DNA of 64,000 nucleotides from Macrostomum lignano (taxonomy: Eukaryota). The stretch lies in the NCBI GenBank assembly GCA_002269645.1, contig NIVC01001262.1:62001-126000 (forward strand), given 5' to 3'. The position numbers were made by a program, and so were the translations under genes. How positions within the stretch are numbered: the stretch's first letter is position 1; every line of letters begins with the position of its first letter. Shown piece after piece: positions 1 to 11,400 of this stretch. Below the pieces are notes generated by a model, which worked only from the letters and a program-made list of their open reading frames with translations, searched no databases and had not been told where the DNA came from.

Positions 1-2177
1 TTTTAGTGTGTATTCAACGATCAGAAAAAAATCAATCCATATACTTACATCTTATTTTTAAATAGTTTTTAAACTGATGAAATTACAAGACAAATATTTT
101 GATTTGTGACATGGTGCGACCTGGGCCTACTACATGTAGTAGATCACCTAAGTATAGTAACACACTCATAGTAGGGCATGAACTACTTATTACGTTACGC
201 CCGAGTTAGAGTCTATGCGCGAAACGACGTGCCCAATGGAGAGATTAATCAAGTATTCAGGAATTCACTGCAAAACATCCAGGCGAGAAAGAGTTGCGGG
301 GTTCTCTTTTTGCACACGCTGTATAGCATCAGTAGTGGATGTCATCGTTGCCGTCGGATGAAGAAAATATACGCAGGGACGATTAAGGTCATCCTTGATT
401 ATACATCGACATCGATCGACCAAATTTCGGTTTAATGTAAAAGTACCCGTTTGTCAAAGACGCTCAACGAAGTCGGATTCGGCGATCATGTCAGATCAAG
501 GACGTCGGAATGTTGCACGGTAGAGTTCTTATGCACAACCTAATGGAAATCCAGAATTTTGCTTCAAGGTGCTGAAATAAGTGCCTGTGGCGACAAGATG
601 AGTGCCTGCGGCGATAAAATGAGCACCTGCGCCATATTGTGAGCCGGCGGCGCAGAAATAAGTACCTGCGATGAGCTGGCACCAAATGAGTATTACATGC
701 TGACGTAGTCTGGTCTGCAGCACCAAAAATCAGTGCTGTTCGCCCTGTTCCTCATTTTCGACACCCAGCGCGTTGTCAGCGGTCGTAGGCACGATCTATC
801 CGAGGAGGAGTACGTCTACGGAGCTACTATATTATAACAACACCAACTCCAAAAAATATAAAACTTCCTCGTTTTTGTAATTTTGGTTTGGTTCCTCACC
901 ATAAAATCGATGGCGCGATGCCCCTATCCTTAGTGCTTTACTTATTCGTAAGTCGTCATTGGACAAGGACCAAGGCTACAGAGTCGGCGCCGGCGGTGGC
1001 ATCAGCAGCAAAGCGTGCCTGTTCTCGCTGCATGGTAGAGTGCCTGCAGCGCCAGCAGCAGCCTCCTGTACCTGTTCTGGTGCAGGAGTACGATTCCTAG
1101 CTCACGGCGGATGAAGTGATCTGCCAGCTGGAGTCGCCGATAAATCAATTCGACGGCGACAGAATTCGGCGTGCGCGGCGACAGAATGCCGCTATGGTGA
1201 CCCGCTCGTCGTGGATCTTGAAGGGGGCACAGCATGCCAGTGTGAGCCGTGTCAGCTGGCTGCCTGAGCGAACCTGAGCAAGCGGGACGATCTTAACTAC
1301 CACCTGGAAAGCTGCCCTCACAGACGAAGTTTTCGCAGAGCATCTGCTCTTCCATCCGTATCGGCATGCAAATATTGAAATGAACAAAACTTCTAATGCT
1401 GTAAGTTAATTTGCAATTACCGAGTCTTTTCAGTTACGTTTTGAACTTTTTGATCTGCTCGAAGGAAACTTTTAAGCAAGATTTCTAAAGGAACAAGTGC
1501 TGAAAGTCAACATGACACACCTTGGTACTTGACTTGACTGACTCTCACTTGACGCTAAGCGTAAATGAAGGCGTTTATTTTAGATTTAATAAGATTTGAA
1601 TATGCTTTCTATTTTATATTTGACTCGATAATAATTAGTAAATCAATTTTTATTGCATGGTAATTTTAAAATGATTATATGTTGATTGCTTCAATAGGTT
1701 AGGATGTAAAAGTACATCATGTGCAGCTCGCCCTGCACAGCATGTGCAAAATGGGAAATGAGAGGCCGCAATGGAAAAGCACTGCAGCTAGTTGTGGCCT
1801 AAGATATTCTGTGGACAAAATCCGATTCGAATTCGCGCCAAAGTAATTGATGGCATCATTGATCGAGCTACTCTCGGGGGGATCAGGTGGAATCGCAGTC
1901 ATTGTGGCTATTCAAAGGCAGAGAAAATATAGTTTGCTAAAAGTAAAAACTGAGCATAAAGACATCTTAAAAGTGTTGCGAAGAAATCAACCCATAATTT
2001 ACAGTTGCTGGGACCTGATTGCTGATTAGACGAGCATACGGTGGTTCGAAGCGGTAGTTTGAAATGTTTGAATTTGAAAGATATTTTCATCGCTTTCACT
2101 AGAGCCTTAGCCAACTCAGCTCTGCATTCGCTATTGGAAACGGAATAATTATTTGAGCTCGCTGATGTCCAGTCCGA

Positions 2178-2442
2178 TCAGCACTTTTTCTTCTCGGCGC
2201 GGCCGTCGCTGTCGCCCTCCTTGGCATTCAGCCTGGCAGTGTGCGAGTCGATGGCCTCGAAGACCTCCGTGGCGGTGCGGAGGAGCCGCGGGCCGCTGCG
2301 CTTCGGCGAGCGCTTCAAAGCTGGTGCGCTCTGCTGCCGGCTCATGCTGCCGCGCTTCAGCCGCACCCGGGGCTGCTCGCCCAGCAGCTGCAAGATGCCG
2401 TCCACGGTGCTGAACAGCCGGCGCTCGAAGGTCTCCATGCGG
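2178..2442 (-). CDS. erg: ERG last exon (C-terminal coiled coil and stop)
   Basis: Acceptor ccccgcag at 2443-2445; [21 protein letters not shown] resembles the ERG tetramerising coiled coil; TGA at 2178; phase matches the exon ending at 4838. Confidence 0.8.
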
Positions 2443-5400
2443 CTGCGGGGTGGTCACGAAATAAAAACAGGTCTGAACAGTGTTCACTTGATTTGAGCAA
2501 TCTTTGACCAAATTCCTTTCAGTAGAAACACTCGGGCCACTCTTCTATTATTAGCCTATTAGCCTAAACTAGCCTAAATTTCAATCATCTCCGTTCCAGT
2601 CGGATGGTAAGCAGTGCTTACCATAGACTATTTGGCTTCTGACTGAGCCATAGATATATTTTCTCTGTTCTGGTCGGCATGGTAAGCAATGCTTATCAAT
2701 AGGCATTCAGCCGGCTAGTGTAGAAAAAAAGGCATAACTGTATATTTAAGTTGCCTGTTTCTAGACTGAAAGCACACTATGGTCCCTGTACAAGAGGGAT
2801 GGGCAACACGAACAGTATAAGAAACGTGCTTTTTCCTAGCCCCAGTCAGTTCAAACAGAGAAGCTGATCTGTCTCCTCACTCGTCTAGCTTCTTTAACAG
2901 CTTATACAGTCGCGCTTTATATTACTGTGGCTTTTGGACTCTATCAAGTTTTTGTTTCCTATACTTTATTCGTCTCAGTCTGGTTTGAGTCGAATGCTAA
3001 AACCAGTTCTCAAAGAGCTTGAAACGGTCTAAGCGGACGAAGTGTCTGAACTCATGACATCGGACGACATCAGGTGATTCTTCTGGTGAGTCAGATGTTC
3101 GGGACAGTGTTGATGAGGACGTAGCTGATGAATTGTCATGGCGGCCTGCTATCGTTGGGAGCGACGCATCGAGTTTTTCGGAACACTTGGCCTGAATCCT
3201 GGAATAATAGTGCCTGCCGGTGTTGAGCACTCAACTTCCTTCTTCTTAGGTTTATTCCTGTCTGATTCGTTGTTTGAAAACCTAGCTATGTGGACTAACC
3301 GTAGAGCTTGGGCAGCAATTCATTCCTTGGATGCTGATGACCTACCTTTGAGTTTGTCACAGTGGACCGAATGTAGGAAGTCAAGAAGTACATGGGAAGC
3401 AACAAGAAGACTGAGATGAATGACTACTGGAGTACTGACAGCTACTACTTGACACCATACTTTCAAGCACCTGAGGCGCTCTCTAGAGACCGCTTCAAGC
3501 AATTGCTCGGCTTTCTTCGCTTTTACGATTGCCTTGAGGATCCCACACCTGGTGATCAGTTATACAAGATTCCTCCATTTTTGAACAATTTGCGTGACAC
3601 CTGCGTGAACATCTACAGACCTGACGAAGAAATGAGTGTTGACGAGTCGTTAGTTCTTTACAAAGGACGACTAGGCTTCAAGCAGTACATTCCAACTAAG
3701 CGCGCCAGGTACGGCATCAAGCTGTACTGTGCTTGTGTGTCTGAAACAGGCTACTTGTTCAACTTTCGAGTTCATGCTACTCCGGAGGAGAATCGTAGAT
3801 TTGTTTTAGATCCACAAAGTGAACACCTGTCATTCAGAGAAAAAATTGTTGTCGAGCTTTGCCAAGATCTGTTGGACCAAGGCTACCGCATTTTTGTCGA
3901 CAAATGCTTTGGTTCTTATCGGTTGGCCAAGTACCTTCTGGATCGAGATACTCATTTGACTTGCACCAAGTCAGCCAAGACCAACTACGCGGTGTCGCGT
4001 CTGCTACCGAGCTGAAAGAATCAAACGAATAATCTACTGCTGCCCTGCGTGTCCAGGTGAACCAGGACTGTGTCTGGAGACCTGCTTTCTGCAGCAATGG
4101 CATTCTTGAATTCTTGACAGTTTTTGGTTCCCGGTGCACGCATGCAGCAGGCAAAATAAGCATGCAGCAGCCTTCTATCAGGGAAGATATCGTTCTAAAA
4201 GTTCTGCTTACCATAGCCGACCGGAACGGAGTGTGTATTTTACCATAGATTATATTTGATTTGAATCCATCTGACTTCTGCCTAGACTGAAACTAGGGTG
4301 TGCGCATGGTAAGCAGTGCTTCCATCAGACTTTTGGAGGTTTTAAAGCTACTTTCCATTGGGCGTCTGTTTGGAGTCTTGCGGTTAGATTTGAGCTGCAA
4401 GTAAAATTGATAATCAACGTGCACTAGATTGACCTCGGGACTAGGCTGTGTACGATTTCAATTTCCTCCTTCACTTTTTATTGGCTAAAATTTATCGATT
4501 TCCAGTCCTACCCCGGCCTGGTTCTACCCGTCCCTAATTTATTGCTCTCCTCAGCCATGTACATTTTTAGTGGCACTCGCTAATGTACATCACACCTGAC
4601 TGCACTAATTACGAGTTGTTTTCGCTTTGTGCTTTGGGCTTTGTGCCACTTTAACTGCCTTTATTTGTAAAGTCTAAAATAGTTTAGAAAGTCATGCGCA
4701 TACATATGCCGAAAAGTAAGTAGGCTAAGTGCACTTTGCAAGAAAATTTAGCGAGGTGTTAAAAGGAACTCTGAAACCTCTAAAAAATCCGCACCACTTA
4801 GCGCTGTTCAGTCCACATCCTATGCGCCCCTGCTCACGTGTTCAGAGTGTCCACTCGGTGAGTAATATTCTCAACCGACTTGTCCCCAGGCGCCCGAGTC
4901 TCCTGACTCCTGATTCCACCGCCGCCGCCTCCGCTGCTGCCGCCTGACTTCCACTTGGAAAGGGTGACCGCGACAGCGCTGTAGCTTTTCTGCATGTGCG
5001 GATGTCCGGGATGCGCGTTACTCACTTCCGAGGCCTGCCGGGTCATACCGGGAGTGTCTGCCAAGTGGAGGGTTGCGAAGGTATGGATGGTGTACTTTTG
5101 CGAAAGCACTCTTGGTATTGATGGTGTACTTTTGCGAAAGCACTCTCCGTATGGATGGTGTACTTTTGCTCTTTGTATGGATTAAAACAGTCTCGTCAAC
5201 TGTTTTAAAAAAGCGTGTACTTTTTAACCAAGACTGTAGGTACATTTTAAGGTCAATTCTTTTTTTTACCGACAAATCTGCAAAACTTCAAACCGCATCT
5301 GCTCAAAGCTTTACAAGCTGCAAACTGCATCACTCACTCGGCCCCGAGGAGGTGATGCTCCGAGCCTTCTTGGTCTGCAGCAGCGGCTTCTTCTGCCGGA

Positions 5401-8400
5401 TGAAGCGCAGCGTCTCGTCGTCCATGGAGCAGCTGAGCGCCTGCTGGTCGGACTCCGTCAGGTTGAACGTCACTTTGAAATTCTGCTTGAAAATCGGCGC
5501 CCACTCGTTGTAAACGTTGAGAATCTCTTTCAGGTCGCCGACGCTGATCTTGTTGAGGTCCACGTAGCTGAGAGCGCGGCAGGTGTACAGCGACTGGCCG
5601 ACGTGGCCGCGGACGGCGCGCATCGCCTCGTCGCCGAAGATGTCATCGCGGCCGAGTATGGCCATCACGGTGTCGTCCTGGGAGATTTCAACTGAGCCGC
5701 GGACCACGAAGTAGATGTTCTCCAGGATGTCGCCCGGGTGGACCAGGGTGTCGCCTTGGCGGGCAGTTTGGTTCAATCGAGATCGGTTACTCATACATTT
5801 GTAATTGTGAGAAATGGAATTCACTTCGGGGAAAGCTGATTCGCGATAGTGCAAGGAGCGATATAAAAAGTGCTCAAAGAACTTTAACTGCATCTTTCAC
5901 AAGCCAATCGTGCTCGTAAAACTCACCCGGTGGCACGTGGGTTGTCCTGAACTTCATGCTGAATGCCCTGAGGCATCCCGGACTGGCTCCTTTGAACGCT
6001 GGGCAATTATTCAGCAGGTTCCGGTTCATGTGCAGGCAGATGTCGGCCTGCAGACACTCAGGGAATGTCTTCAGCACCACGTTTGTGTCCAGGCCGTTAG
6101 TGTAGTTCCAGGAGTTCTGCAACAGGTGGGCCGGTGTGCACTCTCTCACCGGTGTGCACTCTCTATCTCTCTCCCTGGTGTGCACTCTATCTCACAGATG
6201 TGCACTCTCTCACCGGTGTGCAATTTCACTGGTGTGCACTCTCTCACCGGTGTGCACTCTCTATCTCTCTCCCTGGTGTGCACTCTATCTCACAGATGTG
6301 CACTCTCTCACCGGTGTGCACTTTCACTGGTGTGCACTCTCTCACCGTTGTGCACTCTCTCACCGGTGTGCACTCTCTCACCGGTGTGCACTCTCTCACC
6401 GGTGTGCACTCTCTATCTGTCTCAGCAGTGTGCACTCTCTCACCAGTGTGCACTCTATCTCACAGGTGTGCACTCTATCTCACAGGTGTGCACTCTCTCA
6501 CCAGTGTGCACTCTATCTCACAGGTGTGCACTCTATCTCACAGGTGTGCACTCTCTCACCGGTGTGCACTCTCTCACCGGTGTGCACTCTCTCTCACCGG
6601 TGCGCACTCTCTCACCGGTGTGCACTCTCTCACCGGTGTGCACTCTCTCACCGTAGTGCACTCTCTCACCGGTGTGCACTCTCTCACCGGTGTGCACTCT
6701 CTCACCGGTGTGCACTCTCTCACCGGTGTGCACTCTCTCACCGGTGTGAACTCTCTCTCACCGGTGCGCACTCTCTCACCGGTTCACAGAACCAATAGCT
6801 CACAGCTCACCTGGAAACTCTCCTGCAACCTGTGAGCCAGGTTTTTGGGTATCTTGTGAAACTTGATAAACTCTTTAATGCTGGTCTTCTTCTCGTGGAA
6901 CTCTTCAGAGCCCTGATAGATCCGCAGCATGATGCTGCTGACGTTGCCGAAGATGGCGGCGGACATCAGCGAGCCGATCAGCATGCCGAATATCGTGAAG
7001 ATCTTCTCGGCGTTTGTGTTCGGGCTGACGTTACCGAACCCGATGCTGGTGAGGCAGGTGAAGGTGAAGTACAGCGCGGTGATGTACTTGCTCTGAATGT
7101 CGGGCCCTCCGGTCACTATGCCGGTGGTCGAGTTCTCCAGGAACGGCTTGTTGAATGTCTTCGCCAGGTGGTCCAGCCAGCCAACCTGCGACGTGGGAAA
7201 AGCATGAGTCATTAACCTGTCGATCTTCGAAATTCTCAAATTGGAATCCCTCTTTTAGGAACCCTCAGACTCGCCGGTCACTTCCCTTGATCCTCTGACT
7301 CGCCTGTCACTTCCCCTGATCCTCTGACTCGCCTGTCACTTCCCCTGATCCTCTGACTCGCCTGTCACTTCCCCTGATCCTCTGACTCGCCTGTCACTTC
7401 CCTTGATCCTCTAACTCGCCTGTCACTTCCCCTGATCCTCTGACTCGCCTGTTACTTCCCCTGATCCTCAAGCTTAACTGTCATTTCCCTGATCTTCTTG
7501 TTCCCGCCCAAGATTTATGATTCAAGATTCACGTTTAATCCCCCCATAGTTGATTATGGCGCAGCATCCCCAGATCTCCCAACAACTGCCTCATCAAACC
7601 TTGGCGGGTAGGCCGTCCCGCTCTACATAGGCGATGGCGTAGAAGATGCAGGCGAACCAGTGCGCCACCAGGGTGAAGGTGGCCATCAGCAGCAGCATCA
7701 CGGCCGCTCCGTATTCGCTGTACTGGTCGATTCGGCGGGCCACTCGGAGCAGCCGCAGCAGACGGGCGGTCTTGAGCACCCCGGTGATGGTCATCGTGTC
7801 CGTGGCGCCGCCGCTGCCGAACAGCAGCAGGTCGAATGGGATGGCGGCGATGGCGTCCAAGAGGAACCAGCCTGGAAATGGGACACCAGGTGCCATCAGC
7901 CCCAGCTCCAGCCTCATCCCCAGCTCCAGCTTCATCCCAAACTTGAGCCTCATCCCCAGCTCCTGATTCATCCTCAACTTGAGCCTCATCCCCAGCTCCT
8001 GCTTCATAACCAGCTCCAGCTTCATCCCAAACTTGAGCCTCATCCCCAGCTCCTGCTTCATAACCAGCTCCAGCTTCATCCCAAACTTGAGCCTCATCCC
8101 CAGCTCCTGCTTCATAACCAGCTCCAGCTTCATCCCAAACTTGAGCCTCATCCCCAGCTCCTGCTTCATAACCAGCTCCAGCTTCATCCCAAACTTGAGC
8201 CTCATCCCCAGCTCCTGCTTCATAACCAGCTCCAGCTTCATCCCAAACTTGAGCCTCATCCCCAGCTCCTGCTTCATCTTCAACTTGAGCCTCATCCCCA
8301 GCTTCTGCTTCATCCTCAACTTGAGCCTCATCTCCAGCTTCTGCTTCATCCTCAACTTGAGCCTCATCTCCAGCTTTAGCTGCAGCTCCAGCCTTTCTCA

Positions 8401-11400
8401 TCTTCCTTGGTAATCGAACACAGGACCCCTCTGTCCCAAAAAGGTGAACTTCGCCTTGATTAATAGCTTCCCGCTATGGGGAGCTTTTTCTTTTCCAGCT
8501 GAAAACAGCATCTCTAGTTAAAACTGAGCTGAGTGCGCCCGGCCCTGATTGCCCCGCCCCCTTGATCTCCGGGCAAGCGTCGCACTCTGCCCCCGTCCCC
8601 CTTGTCTCAAGGCTTCGAGTTTGCAGGGAGAGGCAGAGCGGCAAAAGGTAACTCAAATCCCCCGGGGGTTCCTCCACCCCTCCACCTGTGAGGACTTTGG
8701 TTGCCATTTGTCCCGCAGTTCGCCCTCTTCCTCCTAATGGCCACGGGCGCCATGCTGCCTCTGTGCGCCGGCCCTGGAGGAACCAGAGGCAAAGGACCGG
8801 CCGACCGACTTCCAACCCCCCCCCCCTGTGCCCAAGAGCAGCCCCCGGCTAGGATCCGCAGCTCCAATTATCCCGCAGTGCTGCATTTTACCTACACTTT
8901 TTCAAGGGGACATTCTGGTTATTTTACATCCGCTAAATTAAATTTCTCCTCATCTGAATTTCCCACCTCCGAGGCCAAACCCAGGCTTAACTTCGTTTCC
9001 GCCTCGCGCCTAGCAACCGGGCGTGGGAGAGAGGGGAGCGAAACTCACACCGGATTAATTGGGGAAGGGAAGTGAGGGCATAGCTCCCACTGCAGGGAAA
9101 CTTTTCCCTGCGTGATGTAGCACAGGGAGGACTCTTGTCGCAGGCGCCCTGTCTGTCTGTCAGCCTGCAGGAGCTGCTAATGAGTGGCGCGACACTCGAT
9201 GACCATCGGACTGCGGCCCCCTCCCTGGCTCACTTTCCACTGGCCGCGGGCATCATTAAGGACTGCAGGCACTCATCTGCTGGCTCTGCCGTGTTGTTGA
9301 ACACCCTGCAGCACACCTGCTTTCATATACAGTTCACACTAATGCTTTAATTACTCAAAGCGATTTACTTCTCGCGCAGGTAATTGGGGATCGGGGCTGA
9401 GTTGGAAGCCCCCTCAGCATTGTTTCGGCTGAGCCCTCAGCTGGCTGCTGCGCGATTGCACTGTTACTTACTGTGGATCCGAAATGCGCTGCTGCGGCCC
9501 GCGTTGCTTGAAAATAATAGAAAGTTTCTTCTTGAAGAGGCCTGGCTCAGCCTCCACCCCCTCACCCCAAGGAGCACTCTTCCCTTCTTTGACTCGAACC
9601 TGGCAAAGTTTATCCCCTGACAAATCCCCCATCTCTAAACTCTGGAGAGGCTCAGGAGGCCCGTCATGCCGCCTCTCCGCAGCTCGGGATTACCGGGGGC
9701 GGGGAGAAGTGCGAAACGAACTCCGAGAGCTCGGCAGGGGGATTTGCTCAGCTCAAAATGGGTTCTAACCGACTAGGAGGAAGGGGAGAGGGAGTGGTGA
9801 GCTTCAAACCAGGCTGGAGGGGGCTGCAGTTTGAATACTTCTGGCCCGGCGCCAACAACAGTTTTCATATGAAGTCATCCTGAGGCGCCAATATTGATCA
9901 GCGCAGCGAGGGGTCGGCCGCTCCAGTCAATTAGCTGATAATCGGGTCGGACCGAACTCGCCGCCCGCCCCCCCTCTGTTGCTGGCCAGAGGGAAAAGAG
10001 ATCTGAGTGAGTGAGAGAAAGAGAGAGAGAGCTTGCACAAAGCAATTCAGAGCACTGAGCATCTGCATAGCGTGCCGACTCTCTCATGCTCCGGGTTCAG
10101 TGCAGTTTGGACAGATAGAAGGTTGGAATAATGAGTTTGAGGAGGCATCGGGGACCGAATGATTAAGGAGATGGTGAGGGATCTGATGGGGAGAGATCTG
10201 ATGGGGAGGGATCTGAGGGATGGGGAGGGATCTGAGGGATGGGGAGGGATCTGATGGGGAGAGATCTGAGGGATGGGGAGGGATCAGAGGATGGGGAGGG
10301 ATCTGATGGGGAGAGATATGATGGGGAGGGATCAGAGGATGGGGAGGGATCTGATGGGGAGAGATATGATGGGGAGGGATCAGAGGATGGGGAGGGATCT
10401 GATGGGGAGGGATCTGAGGGATGGGGAGGGATCTGAGGGATGGGGAGGGATCTGAGGGATGGGGAGGGATCTGAGGGATGGGGAGGGATCTGATGGGGAG
10501 AGATCTGAGGGATGGGGAGGGATCAGAGGATGGGGAGGGATCTGATGGGGAGAGATATGATGGGGAGGGATCAGAGGATGGGGAGGGATCTGATGGGAGG
10601 GATCTGAGGGATGGGGAGGGATCTGAGGGATGGGGAGGGATCTGAGGGATGGGGAGGGATCTGAGGGATGGGGAGGGATCTGATGGGGAGAGATCTGAGG
10701 GATGGGGAGGGATCAGAGGATGGGGAGGGATCTGATGGGGAGAGATATGATGGGGAGGGATCTAAGGGATGGGGAGGGATCTGGGGATGGGAGGGATCTG
10801 AGGGATGGGGAGGGATCTGAGGGATGGGGAGAGATCTGAGGGATGGGGAGGGATCTGAGGGATGGGGATGGATCTGATGGGGAGAGATCTGAGGGATGGG
10901 GAGGGATCAGAGGATGGGGAGGGATCTGATGGGGAGAGATATGATGGGGAGGGATCTGAGGGATGGGGAGGGATCTGGGGATGGGGAGGGATCTGAGGGA
11001 TGGGGAGGGATCTGAGGGATGGGGAGGGATCTGAGGGATGGGGATGGATCTGAGATGAGGAGAGGGATCTGAGGGATATGAGAGGGGTCTGAGATGGGGA
11101 GGGATCAGAGATGGAGAGGAATCATAGATGGGGGATCAGAGATGGAGAAGGATCAGAGAGGCTGATTAAAGGCTGAATCAAAGATACGCAGTGAGTTCCG
11201 CATTTGCAAAAGTGTTGCTACATATTTTCGCATGCTGAGGCAGAGTCGTATTTTGTTTCTCTTCCGCGTTTAACAGGCGGGGCGCTCTAAGGAGACGCCG
11301 CTCGTTTCTCCCGGCTGATCTCACAAAGCCGCTACATCAGGACAAAGGAGGCTCAAAGCCCCGGCCGGTCTGCCCGCAGCTTCTGCTGCTTCACCCCCCT

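Noticed and set aside
178-1400. Short ORFs and a coding-looking stretch (CSRCMVECLQRQQQ...ICQLESPINQF) at the window start
   Set aside because: Interrupted by stops, no recognisable domain and no consistent splice model; may be a decayed TE but I cannot support a call.
7535-8401. ORFs with GAGDEAQV / [11 protein letters not shown] periodicity
   Set aside because: Translations of an intronic 54-bp minisatellite that run into the real ERG exon.
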